From Octopus bimaculoides (lineage: Eukaryota): 64,000 nucleotides of DNA. The stretch is from the NCBI RefSeq assembly GCF_001194135.2, contig NC_068994.1, positions 5,871,335 through 5,935,334 of the forward strand, read 5' to 3'. This document shows positions 12,301 through 24,113 of this stretch, in pieces (positions within the stretch are counted from its first letter, which is position 1; every line of letters begins with the position of its first letter). Below the pieces are notes generated by a model, which had not been told where the DNA came from, did not search any database, and saw only the letters and a program-made list of their open reading frames with translations. The translations under genes and the position numbers were made by a program.

Positions 12301-13004
12301 TTGGAGTGGGACTTCACTGTTCCATTCGAAAAAGTTTTAACATTTCTTTTGAAAACTGGCCTGGCTGGTCTTTTCCTGCAATAGGCTTCCTCATCACTGC
12401 GGAAAATAGATTCCAGTTCGCTTTCTTCTTCGTCAGAAGTGATGTCATTACTCCTCCGTGCATATTGCTTGTTTCTTTTATTAGCTTGCGAGTTTTCGTG
12501 GAATTGAACCTTCTTGCCTCGTTTGATGCTTTTCCGCAACTGTTGATCTCTCATCCAGTAGACCCTTACCCCCGGAGGAACAGCACCAACATCATCTTCA
12601 ATTCGACTTCTTTTGTCTAAATAATCACTATTGATTAAATTTTCTGCAGATGATGAGGACTTCAAGATACTCCGCAGTGACGAGGATGGCAGGATGGGAA
12701 GAGACGATATACTGCCGTGTATTCCATTCCTTTTCTTTTGACTCCGCCTGAAACGCTGCTGCTGTTGTTGTTGCTGTTGTTGTTGATTGTGACGGCGCAG
12801 CTGCTCTTCTTCCTCGTCGTCATCAAATCCGTATCCAGATCTCCAAGTATCGTATTGTTCTCTTCTGATCAATCTATCACAATAACTTCCGTCCACCGAT
12901 TCACGGTTGTAATGTCTACTTCGTCGTCTGCTATTAGTATTTCGTATCGTTCCATTCCTTTTGTGCTGTTTCCAGCATTCCTCATCGCCCCAAACAAACG
13001 ACAT
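9378..13004 (-). CDS. Uncharacterised 1208-aa intrinsically disordered protein, single coding exon
   Basis: 3627-nt uninterrupted ORF in AT-rich DNA. In-frame TAG lies 9 codons upstream of the ATG, so this ATG is the likely start. A strong acceptor (TATCTTCTTTTCTTTCTATCTTTTCAG, exon starts at 13376) implies a 372-nt 5' UTR and an upstream non-coding exon. Contains polyQ, S/R/N-rich, Pro-rich and Lys/Glu-rich segments; no domain recognised. Confidence 0.85.
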   Translation of the reverse strand: MSFVWGDEECWKQHKRNGTIRNTNSRRRSRHYNRESVDGSYCDRLIRREQYDTWRSGYGFDDDEEEEQLRRHNQQQQQQQQQQRFRRSQKKRNGIHGSISSLPILPSSSLRSILKSSSSAENLINSDYLDKRSRIEDDVGAVPPGVRVYWMRDQQLRKSIKRGKKVQFHENSQANKRNKQYARRSNDITSDEEESELESIFRSDEEAYCRKRPARPVFKRNVKTFSNGTVKSHSKSQQDSPKSSRTQRSSFKVFNDAGNSHRNNVPSNTKDHVRTQQDLISAAKSAQQEKCPFTRSYTKMAADTNEDIVQFNALRRKSIHNINSFVRSSARCSQRSNFGNRTSQRMQRSVANPRSSIHHFPNPTSSNHVHLQQIFNPNNRDFDYYDDQPQIPVRSCKKRSSSRHFHNRSGYNNIDNNTSYSQKPHYMGDIENEETADSLVQINVGNQSNTPFQRSFSTREYGSRRNTERNSHNRGSMKHRNHGQQVHLTDTTGLPNDATISNRQEETYNPKVLRNSMRRKSLFNPLPNSHFMPEADDFETEEDQRTLAEENCNSGNINSNGSNMIGSNNSMTINNNGFCDSGRGGGLRGVEDCNRNISSITFVPGISPTESGDVKATPEELPYCPFSRPIISTEDKNVVDPTDKMIPAVGGERDGWPSLARPLAEEAVAAALRRSARQRRSNKYLSVKSDLSGSLRSSEVSSECRGRQQKPLSEILANSGSSVSVPEQQKQPKHYHQSYPYLSPVTSVYQSSKQTPDESESFNEFVQNQQEQFDPTENSFLFQRSSFQRDTTPTAATYRPLPSIPSLVPPLTEMFPPVEEATTLPQFPPLNCDYNLPLGVVKPLPIVLTPPQIPPDRLPKPVRRSELNPRCDSNGGLTVTSDPNVEGSKEVVSSRTADGKDGKEKGKSDKKDRKKKKKRKKKKKDKKKKEKEEKNKKEEKEKREEKEREKLNREKEKNKKNKKKNTHEKKVVKNESKSEIGDSDGSDAYETPPSSLRENKSSVRHQVNRSEGKETKTKKRRKQSKERKDLRKKTVGGKTEQQRKISSSDGDLCDVRDNRSEDNRSRSFTRLTRKISHRVGSWSKELRRFLSFKVERSPSPCLRFTESNSDDSGENSDNGSKRKLQNAKEPLCVQKSLSDISDALEELDNLDIELSKIGDGSCDGDVLNFCDEGKTTQIMNWLHEMYSTNPADSKISSVMAATTVATQF

Positions 13005-13617
13005 GATCTTCCTTTCTACTTGTACCAGCTATTGCAAACGAAACAACGACTTTGACTAACCAGGGTCATAATGCTTCTTTTTGATGTTTTAAGCTGTAGT
13101 TTCTTTAGATTTTCCAGGTTTATTACAATCTTTCACACTATCGCATGGACTTTGATTTTATGTTGCTTAGGTTTTAGTCTTAGTCAAATTGGATAAACTC
13201 TTATCTGTCTTCCTTGTTGTTTTGGTTTCTAACCAGGCAAATTTTCCTCGTGTAGACTTTTAGCTAATATTTGCGTTTTGGTCCAAAGAGTATCGCATAT
13301 GACTTCGAGGTACGATAACTGATAAAGGCGTAAGTTTTCGTGAAATGGAGCTCTCTGCTGCGTACGCGCAATTCACCTGAAAAGATAGAAAGAAAAGAAG
13401 ATATAAATGACAACACAATACTTTACTACATTATTAAATTTATTATTTTAAAATGTAATTTGAATATTTGATACAATAAGTAAACTTATCAAAGTATATT
13501 TATCTCAGCTTTGGAAAACATTGTGTTTAACTGATTCAATGATTTACATGCATTGAAAGATGTTACGTACATTCTTGTTTGGCTCAGGCTTACGTTGGAA
13601 AATACGGCTATTGTATT

Positions 13618-13690
<73 letters not shown>

Positions 13691-14787
13691 TTAACTCTGT
13701 CTGTTTGTCTAGTAGTCTATCTATTTGTCTTCCACCTCGCTCGAATATTTTTCACGTGCCACCGGCACAAGTGCCAGTGAGGCGACGCTGGTAACGATCA
13801 CGCTCAAATGGTGCTATTTATGTGCCACTGGCACAGAAGCCAGACAGCTGCTCTGGCAATGATCACGCTCGGACGGTGCTCTTAGCGCTCCACTGGTTAC
13901 AGGTGCCGTCACGATTTCGATTTCACTTTCCTCAACAGGTCTTCGCAAGCGGAGTTTAGTGTCCAATGAAGGAAAGGTACGCATAAGTGGGGTGGCTACA
14001 CCCCTGGCAGAGGCCTTGGATTATGGTTTCACTTGGCTTGCCGGGTCTTCTCAGGCACAACATATTTCCAAAGGTCTCGGTTACAAGTCATTGCTTCGGT
14101 GAGGCCCAATGTTCGAAGGTCATGCTTCACCACCTCAGGTTGACGCTCGGGAAGGTGAGAAAGTCTTTTATGTTTCGAGCCTATGCTCTTCAACAGAAAG
14201 GAATAAGAGAAAATAAACCGACAAAATGAAAAAAACTTGTGGATTTAGCGATCAAACATGGCGACTGGTTGAGAATGAAAGCGGTTTGACAGGAGATAGA
14301 AAGAAGAGGAGATAATAAAGTATTGGTGATCCCAAAATGAAGGTACGCGTGCATGTGTGTGCGTATGTGTAAGAGTGTGTACATATGTGTTTGTATATGT
14401 ATTCATCCATATGTGTGTATACATATTGAGGCAGTGAATGTACATGTGTTTTTGAGTGTATTTTTGCGTGTGCATATATGTATGTATGTATGTATGTATG
14501 TGTATGTGTACAAAGATCAATAAAAATAGATAAGTAAATAACAGCCGTTACTCTCTGACTAATTATTGCCTCACAATTCACATGTGCCGAGTGCAATGTC
14601 AGTTTAGTAACCAATAATCTCCATCGACCGACAGAGACACGTGAATGCCAAACACATGTTTGACACCACCATATTCAATTTCATGCTTCACTGAACCATA
14701 GTTAATCATCCGTGTTGAATATGAACTAAATTGATAGACTAATTAGAAATATCCTGACCTCTTTTCTAGAAGATTTTGTCTCTACAT

Positions 14788-15278
14788 CAGTGGTTTTCAA
14801 CTGTTTTAATATCCAGGCCACATCTAAAACCTGGATTTTTTTTTGAGGGGTGGGGGGGGCACACTAAAAAAGTAAAATGCTAGGGAATTAAAGAAAAATT
14901 CATTATGTTTATAGAGGGAAGACTGCTAAGGGCTGCCAGAAGAATGCTTAAGGGCTGCCAGAATGATGCTTGAGGGCCACCAGAAGGATGCCTGAGGGCC
15001 ACCAGAAGGATGTTTGAGGGTCACTGGAAGGATACTTGAGGGCCAATGGAAGGATGCTTGAGGGCTGCTGGAAGGATGTTTGAGGGCCACCAGAAGAGTA
15101 TTTGAGGGCTGCTGGAAGGATGCTTGAGGGCTGCTGGAAGGATACTTGAAGGTCACTGGAAGGATATTTGAGGACTGCTGGAAGGATGCTTGAGGGCTGC
15201 TGGAAGGATACTTAAGGACTGCTAGAAGGATGCTGAAGAGTCACATGCATCCCTAGGATCCACAGTTGAAAACCACTG
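14788..15278. mobile_element. hAT-type MITE containing a 22-bp tandem array
   Basis: Perfect 16-bp TIR CAGTGGTTTTCAACTG / CAGTTGAAAACCACTG; 8-bp flanks CTCTACAT / CTTTAGAT (6/8 identical). Confidence 0.8.
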
Positions 15279-15699
15279 CTTTAGATTCTTGAGGTATGTG
15301 TTGTTTATTCAGTATACAGAAACGTGAATTATGAAGACAGGGTATTTGGCCAACTGAGCTGGTCAACAAATAAAAAGCAACAAAACAAGAACAACAACAA
15401 TTGTGTTTAGATTATTTTCCCCCACTAAAATAGGAGCTGTTAGCCTTGTGAGCTCTATGAAACATCTTTCCATTATGCCCTATCCTCTGCAATCATCCCT
15501 CATCAACGCCCCCCCCCCACTTGCTCACATTTCTTCCACTGTCGTCTTTTCTCATCTCTTTCTCAGTCTTCCGCTTCCTCTACATACACCCCTTCCACAT
15601 CCATTTTCCATCACTTTTGTCGCTCAGTTACTTTCGACCTTTTTTTAGCACATAACTCAACTACTTCATCCCATTTCTCTTTGACAAATAAAAGGCAAT

Positions 15700-16026
15700 A
15701 CAGTTCTATATTTAAGAGATGAGGAATTATTTACATTATTTACATTATTTACATTTGACGGATATTTGTCCTCATATGGCGTAGTGGTTAAGAGCGCGGG
15801 CTACTAACCCCAAGATTCCGAGTTCGATTCACGGCAGCGACCTGATTAATAATAGTAATAATAATAATAATATAATAATAGTAACATCGTTAGGAATGAG
15901 AACCCAGGTTCAAAATTTCCCCAAGACACCTGACGAAGGCTGGAGGGTATATCAGCCGAAACGTTGTGTTAACAACAAACAAGATGAGGACAAATATCCG
16001 TCAAATGTAAATAATGTAAATAATGT
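15700..16026. mobile_element. tRNA-derived SINE insertion with inverted segment and 14-bp TSD
   Basis: AAATAAAAGGCAAT at 15686-15699 and 16027-16040; A box 15777-15787; B box 15820-15830; 49-bp perfect inverted repeat. Confidence 0.85.
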
Positions 16027-16660
16027 AAATAAAAGGCAATCGTTTGATAATGACTAAGGTGGTGGTGGTGGTGGTGGTGTTGCTGGTGCTGGTAGTGATG
16101 CTGGGGGTGGTTCTGGTGGTGGTGGTGAAGCAGGAAAAGGAAGAAATCAAAATTAGGAAGCAAAGTAATTAAATCAGATGATTATGTGGAAGAGGATAAT
16201 CCAACAACCACCTGGGTTGAAAACACCATCGTCGTCATCATCATCATCATTATCATCATCATCAACATCGTCATCATCAACATCATCATCATCATCATCA
16301 TCATCATCTTTCTTATCACCGTCATCGTTACTTCCATCACTGATGCTACTCTCACAATCATGACAACCTCCACCAACATCATCACTACCATCACTACCAT
16401 CAATACCACCACTACCACCACCACCACCATCACCAGAACCACCACCACCACCACCACCATTACCATCACCACCCATTACCATCATCATCACTATCAACAG
16501 CATCGCGAACATGATGTTTGGAAGAAAATGCGTTTCTTTCAAGGTAGACCATTTAGGTTTAACATGTAAGATGTGTCATTTGGCCAATAAAGAAAGAATT
16601 GTTACTATTATAACACCGCCCCCCACCCTACAATTGCTGGGCTTGTGCCCAAATTCAAAA

Positions 16661-16697
<37 letters not shown>

Positions 16698-17970
16698 GAG
16701 TGAGAGAGCAGTGCATGCCATCAAATTGACACTGGAGTACGAAGTCCAAAATACCTGCCATGACTACTCGTCTGATAAGGGTACACCAGGCACATGCATC
16801 ACAACCATATGTGCGCGACAGGGTGATCTCATATCAAGATAAACAGCACATGACCTTGCAGGTGGGGCCCAGTTAGAATTTTCTTCAGGTCGAGTAGCCC
16901 ATCNNNNNNNNNNNNNNNNNNNNNNNNNNNNNNNNNNNNNNNNNNNNNNNNNNNNNNNNNNNNNNNNNNNNNNNNNNNNNNNNNNNNNNNNNNNNNNNNN
17001 NNNNNNNNNNNNNNNNNNNNNNNNNNNNNNNNNNNNNNNNNNNNNNNNNNNNNNNNNNNNNNNNNNNNNNNNNNNNNNNNNNNNNNNNNNNNNNNNNNNN
17101 NNNNNNNNNNNNNNNNNNNNNNNNNNNNNNNNNNNNNNNNNNNNNNNNNNNNNNNNNNNNNNNNNNNNNNNNNNNNNNNNNNNNNNNNNNNNNNNNNNNN
17201 NNNNNNNNNNNNNNNNNNNNNNNNNNNNNNNNNNNNNNNNNNNNNNNNNNNNNNNNNNNNNNNNNNNNNNNNNNNNNNNNNNNNNNNNNNNNNNNNNNNN
17301 NNNNNNNNNNNNNNNNNNNNNNNNNNNNNNNNNNNNNNNNNNNNNNNNNNNNNNNNNNNNNNNNNNNNNNNNNNNNNNNNNNNNNNNNNNNNNNNNNNNN
17401 NNNNNNNNNNNNNNNNNNNNNNNNNNNNNNNNNNNNNNNNNNNNNNNNNNNNNNNNNNNNNNNNNNNNNNNNNNNNNNNNNNNNNNNNNNNNNNNNNNNN
17501 NNNNNNNNNNNNNNNNNNNNNNNNNNNNNNNNNNNNNNNNNNNNNNNNNNNNNNNNNNNNNNNNNNNNNNNNNNNNNNNNNNNNNNNNNNNNNNNNNNNN
17601 NNNNNNNNNNNNNNNNNNNNNNNNNNNNNNNNNNNNNNNNNNNNNNNNNNNNNNNNNNNNNNNNNNNNNNNNNNNNNNNNNNNNNNNNNNNNNNNNNNNN
17701 NNNNNNNNNNNNNNNNNNNCTACTAAAATCTTTCAGTGTGGTGCTCCAGCTTGGTCAAATTTTATTGACTGAAACAAGTGAAAGATAAAAGCCAAAAAAA
17801 ATAAATAAATAAAATAAAAGATAATTGTGTATCAGAATGTCTAGGTTAATAATGCAGGTAATTAGCAGGAGTTAGTCGTTAGTCAGATGTGTTTTGTTGC
17901 GCTAATGTCAGAAGGATTAACTCCAGGTAAGCACTTGATCAAATTCTGTGTACATGCTTATATAAGTATA

Positions 17971-18010
<40 letters not shown>

Positions 18011-18587
18011 CATGTGTAGGTGTGTTATTTATTTGTGAGTTTGTGTATGTGTGTGTGTACATGTGTATGTGTGAGTTTGTGTTTGTACATGTGTTTGTAC
18101 ACCTCAGGGGAGGGTGTTGTTCAATTATATCAACCCCAGTGCTTAACAGATACTTATTTTATCAACCCCAAAACGATGAAAAGGCAAAAATCGACCTCAG
18201 CAGAATTTCAACTCAGAACATTAAGACAGATGAAATGGTACTAAACCTTTTGCCCATCTAACCACCAGATGCTTCTCATTAATATAAAGCAGTTATGAAT
18301 TAAGTCAGCATCACAGAAGATAGCCTAAATTGCATATATACGTTTTTGGCAGCAATTTCCTGCATCATAAAAGCATTGTGCTTATGAAAATACCATCCTA
18401 ATGTGGACTTCCTTAAGTAATGGCAAAACAGGTTTCATATTAAAGAACTCCATATTGTGACAAGATTTTCGGGAATTTTATAGAAATATTTATTCAAATA
18501 ATTATAAATGCATACGTATAAGATGTATGCGAATGCATGTTTGTGTGTGTGTGTGTGTGTGTGCGTGTGTGTACGAATATATGTATG

Positions 18588-18636
<49 letters not shown>

Positions 18637-18744
18637 ATATGTATATATATATATACATACACACACATATATAGATAGATAAATAGATAGTTATACAAAT
18701 ATATACATATATATGCATACATATATATATACATATATATATAT

Positions 18745-18781
<37 letters not shown>

Positions 18782-20890
18782 NNNNNNNNNNNNNNNNNNN
18801 NNNNNNNNNNNNNNNNNNNNNNNNNNNNNNNNNNNNNNNNNNNNNNNNNNNNNNNNNNNNNNNNNNNNNNNNNNNNNNNNNNNNNNNNNNNNNNNNNNNN
18901 NNNNNNNNNNNNNNNNNNNNNNNNNNNNNNNNNNNNNNNNNNNNNNNNNNNNNNNNNNNNNNNNNNNNNNNNNNNNNNNNNNNNNNNNNNNNNNNNNNNN
19001 NNNNNNNNNNNNNNNNNNNNNNNNNNNNNNNNNNNNNNNNNNNNNNNNNNNNNNNNNNNNNNNNNNNNNNNNNNNNNNNNNNNNNNNNNNNNNNNNNNNN
19101 NNNNNNNNNNNNNNNNNNNNNNNNNNNNNNNNNNNNNNNNNNNNNNNNNNNNNNNNNNNNNNNNNNNNNNNNNNNNNNNNNNNNNNNNNNNNNNNNNNNN
19201 NNNNNNNNNNNNNNNNNNNNNNNNNNNNNNNNNNNNNNNNNNNNNNNNNNNNNNNNNNNNNNNNNNNNNNNNNNNNNNNNNNNNNNNNNNNNNNNNNNNN
19301 NNNNNNNNNNNNNNNNNNNNNNNNNNNNNNNNNNNNNNNNNNNNNNNNNNNNNNNNNNNNNNNNNNNNNNNNNNNNNNNNNNNNNNNNNNNNNNNNNNNN
19401 NNNNNNNNNNNNNNNNNNNNNNNNNNNNNNNNNNNNNNNNNNNNNNNNNNNNNNNNNNNNNNNNNNNNNNNNNNNNNNNNNNNNNNNNNNNNNNNNNNNN
19501 NNNNNNNNNNNNNNNNNNNNNNNNNNNNNNNNNNNNNNNNNNNNNNNNNNNNNNNNNNNNNNNNNNNNNNNNNNNNNNNNNNNNNNNNNNNNNNNNNNNN
19601 NNNNNNNNNTATATATGTATATGTATATATCTTACTGGTGTATGTTAATCAAAGATGAATATATCAGTGAAGAATCTAAAAATCAGTCTTTTAAATAAAA
19701 ATACCCTGTCGTAGTATTCCACAACAAACTTCAGAGACAAAATCTTTATCACTTTCATCATCAGTAATACGTGGTCAGTTCATATCCCTCCATAGGGAGC
19801 TTAGGACCAGTTTCCCCAGTTTTTATGGCCAATCTACTCCCCCTCTGGACATGACGCTGGTCCATCGCAAGATTACCCATTTTTACCAGCAGAGTGAACC
19901 GGTGCAACATGAAATGAAGAGTTTTGCTCAAGGACACAACACATCACCCAGTCCAGGAATTGAAACCACAATCTTACGATCATGAGTCCAACTGCCTAAC
20001 CACTAAGCCATGCATGCGCCTCCACATGAATGCTGAAGCATTAAGTAATATTTCATATAAAACAGTGCTGCGATAACTTACCAATAGTATGGTGATGCTA
20101 TATCAATACAGGTCTTGTCACTCCAAAGAAGAAGTTATCTCGGTATCAGAACAGTAAAGGTTCAAATGTTGGGATATTTAAGGGTTTAGAAGTCAGAGAC
20201 ATAACGGTTCAGACGTCAAGAATATTGGAACTTAGGGCCCTAAATATCAGGGTCATAGAGGCTTCAATATCAGGGATGTAAGTGGTTTTGGATAATAACA
20301 GAGCTGTAATGTTATCAATACTGACAACATGCAGACAGCTTGCTGTACTCTTCTCAAACAACTGCTCAACAAACAGCTTCACGTGTTTTGTTGATGAAGG
20401 GCTGATGCTGGCAGAGGTGGTTTTGATAGTAGAGATGGTGGCGGAGGTGATGAGGATGGTGCTAGTGGTGGTGTTGAGGAGGTGTTTGTTGTTGTTGTTG
20501 TACTGGTGGTGGTGGTGGTGGTGGTTAATAATGGTGTTATTAATTGATTTTTGGTGTTGGTGGTCACGGTGGTATTAGTGAAGGCGGTTGTGGTGGGAGC
20601 AGTGATATTAGTTGTCAGTAGTCATTGTGGTGACGCCAGCAGCAGTAGCAGCAGCAGCAGTGGAGGAGAATGTGGTATTGGTGGCGGTGATGGTGGTGGT
20701 GGTCGTCGTCGTCATCGTGGTGGTGGTATTAGTTGTTCTCAGTTCTTTCCTCTTCACACTCCCATCCACCCCCATCTTATTATGATATAATTTAATTTCT
20801 GTACAGTCATAACATTATTTTCTACTTTCATATACCATCACTCTGTCTCTGTCTCTGTCTCTCTCTCTAATCCTCTCTCCTCTCTTTCTC

Positions 20891-21004
<114 letters not shown>

Positions 21005-21162
21005 CTCCTTCATTCTCTACCTCAATTCCTCATCAATTCTTTCCTTCGGCCATCTCTCTGGGTATTTTTCATTTCTTCTTCTTCGTTAATTACATTTTGC
21101 CATGAACAAATCTACATGGGTGCAATATTTGCATATTTATACATATGTACATGAATATATAA

Positions 21163-21198
<36 letters not shown>

Positions 21199-23796
21199 AC
21201 ACACATATGGCGTTAGGGAGGGCATCCAGCTGTAGAAACCTTGCCAAATCAGACTGGAACCTGGTGCAGCTCTCTAGCCTACTTGTTCCAGTCAAACCAT
21301 CCAACCCATGCCAGCATGGAAAGCGGACATTAAATGATGGTGGTGGTACAGACAGAAAAAGAGAGTATCATTCTCAGAGAAAAAAATTGTTTGCGGATTC
21401 AGTGCATAAAAATGCAGCAAGTGCATCGTAAAAGCATTAAATCGCTGTGTCAATCGATGTGGAGTTTCCTGCCAAAATGCAGTGACACATAGCACGTGGC
21501 TAGGTTTATCATTTGCTACTGAGTNNNNNNNNNNNNNNNNNNNNNNNNNNNNNNNNNNNNNNNNNNNNNNNNNNNNNNNNNNNNNNNNNNNNNNNNNNNN
21601 NNNNNNNNNNNNNNNNNNNNNNNNNNNNNNNNNNNNNNNNNNNNNNNNNNNNNNNNNNNNNNNNNNNNNNNNNNNNNNNNNNNNNNNNNNNNNNNNNNNN
21701 NNNNNNNNNNNNNNNNNNNNNNNNNNNNNNNNNNNNNNNNNNNNNNNNNNNNNNNNNNNNNNNNNNNNNNNNNNNNNNNNNNNNNNNNNNNNNNNNNNNN
21801 NNNNNNNNNNNNNNNNNNNNNNNNNNNNNNNNNNNNNNNNNNNNNNNNNNNNNNNNNNNNNNNNNNNNNNNNNNNNNNNNNNNNNNNNNNNNNNNNNNNN
21901 NNNNNNNNNNNNNNNNNNNNNNNNNNNNNNNNNNNNNNNNNNNNNNNNNNNNNNNNNNNNNNNNNNNNNNNNNNNNNNNNNNNNNNNNNNNNNNNNNNNN
22001 NNNNNNNNNNNNNNNNNNNNNNNNNNNNNNNNNNNNNNNNNNNNNNNNNNNNNNNNNNNNNNNNNNNNNNNNNNNNNNNNNNNNNNNNNNNNNNNNNNNN
22101 NNNNNNNNNNNNNNNNNNNNNNNNNNNNNNNNNNNNNNNNNNNNNNNNNNNNNNNNNNNNNNNGTGTGTGTTGTGTGTGTTTGTGTGTGTTTATGTTTAG
22201 GCATTTCATTGTGAATGGTTTTATGTAGGTGTAAGAGAGGGACAGAATGTTAAATCTATTTGTATGCATGCATGCATGTACAAGCACATGCATATATATC
22301 AATATGCATTAATCTATATGTACGTATGTATGTATGAATGTTTATATGTATGTATGTATACATATGTATATATATATATGTGTATATATATACAAAAGAA
22401 AGAAGGCTTTCCTATCTGCATGGGACTTGAACCTACATTCCTTTGTTAACACGACAAAGTGTGTTACCTTTACACCATATCTGTGTATGTATGTACATAT
22501 CTATGTGTGTGTGTCTTTGTGTCTGTGTTTGTTCTCCTAATACTACTCAACAACCAGTATTCATGTGTTTATGTCCATGTAACTTAGCAGGTCAGCAAAA
22601 GATATCAATAGAATAAGTACCAGGCTTAAGATAAAAGCACTAGGGTCATTACGTTCAACTATAGATGGTGCCCCAGCATGGCCACAGTCGAATGACTAAA
22701 ACAAGTAAAAGATACAAGACAAAAGATAATATCAGACCATTTTCTAAAGTCAATATATGGTGAAACTTTGAATTATATTTTCACTCATCACCACTTCTTA
22801 ACTTAGGGATATCTTGGTGTAATTGGTCAGCCTGTTTATCACAAAAACAAGAGGTGTGGGTTCAACTCCCATGCATACCAATGCCCATTTTTTTCCCATC
22901 TGGGGCTTATATGTACTAATATGAGACTATTTTCTATAACAGTCCTCCGTAATACACTTAGTCTTTTCAAAATTCGGTGGCACACCTAAACTAAAAATAC
23001 AAGTATAGGGAAAAAAATTATATTGGGGATACACTGTGGCACACCTAGCATCGTCTTGTGGCACACTAATGTGCCATGGCATACCAGTTGTGGAGCACTA
23101 TTCTGTAGTTAATATATGATGAAAACTAATATTTATATTTACAAAATATTGCAAATTAGTAAATAGCTACAACTAATTTGTAAAAAACAATCATTGATTA
23201 ATAAAATACTACCAGCAATTAGTAAAATACTATAACTAATTAATAAAATTCTGCAGCTAATTAGTAAAATGCTAATAGCAGTTAATTAAATATCACTAAA
23301 TGGTAAAAAAAAAAAGAACAAAAGTAAAAATCATAAACTGATGAAGTCCTTCTTTATTTGTTATTAACCCCTTATTTTTGACTGGTCAAAAGGTTGTTAG
23401 TTACTTAACAACACAAGAGTTCTTTTAACCTTTGACATGACATTCAGTTGACCTAATAAAATTTGTGGGGAGGAACCAATAAAAGTCCAGGAAAAGAAAA
23501 CTGTAATTAAAAAAAAGAAAAGCTATAAATCACTGCAATAATCTGTGGTCATGAGTTTATCAACTAAAAATTATAACACAGATAATCCGTTTTAAGAGAT
23601 AATCCTTTTGTTTCAATTGCCATCCGCCCTGGACTAATTTCAATCACCACAAGATTAAAACAGATCGGCTATAAAAACTTGGTTATAAAAACGGAAGGGA
23701 GAAAAATATAGATTATAGATTATAGATCGATTCTGTACAAGCTGTAGACTGAAGACCAATGTGTTAATTTATGTGTGTGTGTGTGTGTATAGCAAA

Positions 23797-24113
23797 GGTG
23801 CGTGGCTTAGTGGTCAGGGCATTCGGCTCACATTCGTAAGGCCATGAGTTCAATTCCCAGCGACGCGTTGTGTCCTTGAGCAAGACACTTTATTTCACGT
23901 TGCTCCAGTCCACTCAGCTGGCAAAAATGAGTAGTACTTGTATTTCAAAGGGCCGGCCTTGTCACGCTATGTGTCACGCTGAGTTTCCTTGAGAACTACG
24001 TTAGGGGTACACGTGTCTGTGGATTGCTCAGTCACTTGCACGTTAATTTCACGAGCAGGCTGTTCCATTGATCGGATCAACTGGAACCCTCGTCGTCGTA
24101 ACAAACAGAGTGC
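23797..24113 (+). mobile_element. tRNA-derived SINE, family C, near full length (partial copies e.g. 553-670, 31255-31435, 41060-41280, 58870-59185, 39800-39960 minus)
   Basis: A/B-box-like head (TGGCTTAGTGG, GAGTTCAATTCC), CORE-like GTGTCCTTGAGCAAGACAC, and a shared 3' part seen in several copies. Confidence 0.8.

Noticed and set aside
9550-13055. Plus-strand ORFs antisense to the 1208-aa gene (and 47557-47754 antisense to STEAP)
   Set aside because: Shadow ORFs of a coding strand with biased composition.
6299-15238. CRISPR-like arrays (15-bp repeat at 6299, 22-bp repeat at 14928)
   Set aside because: Head-to-tail repeats without unique spacers, no cas genes, eukaryotic context.
15776-15845. 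Functional tRNA gene
   Set aside because: A and B boxes are present, but there is no proper acceptor stem, the anticodon would be ACT with no Ser variable arm, and it sits inside a TSD-bounded SINE.
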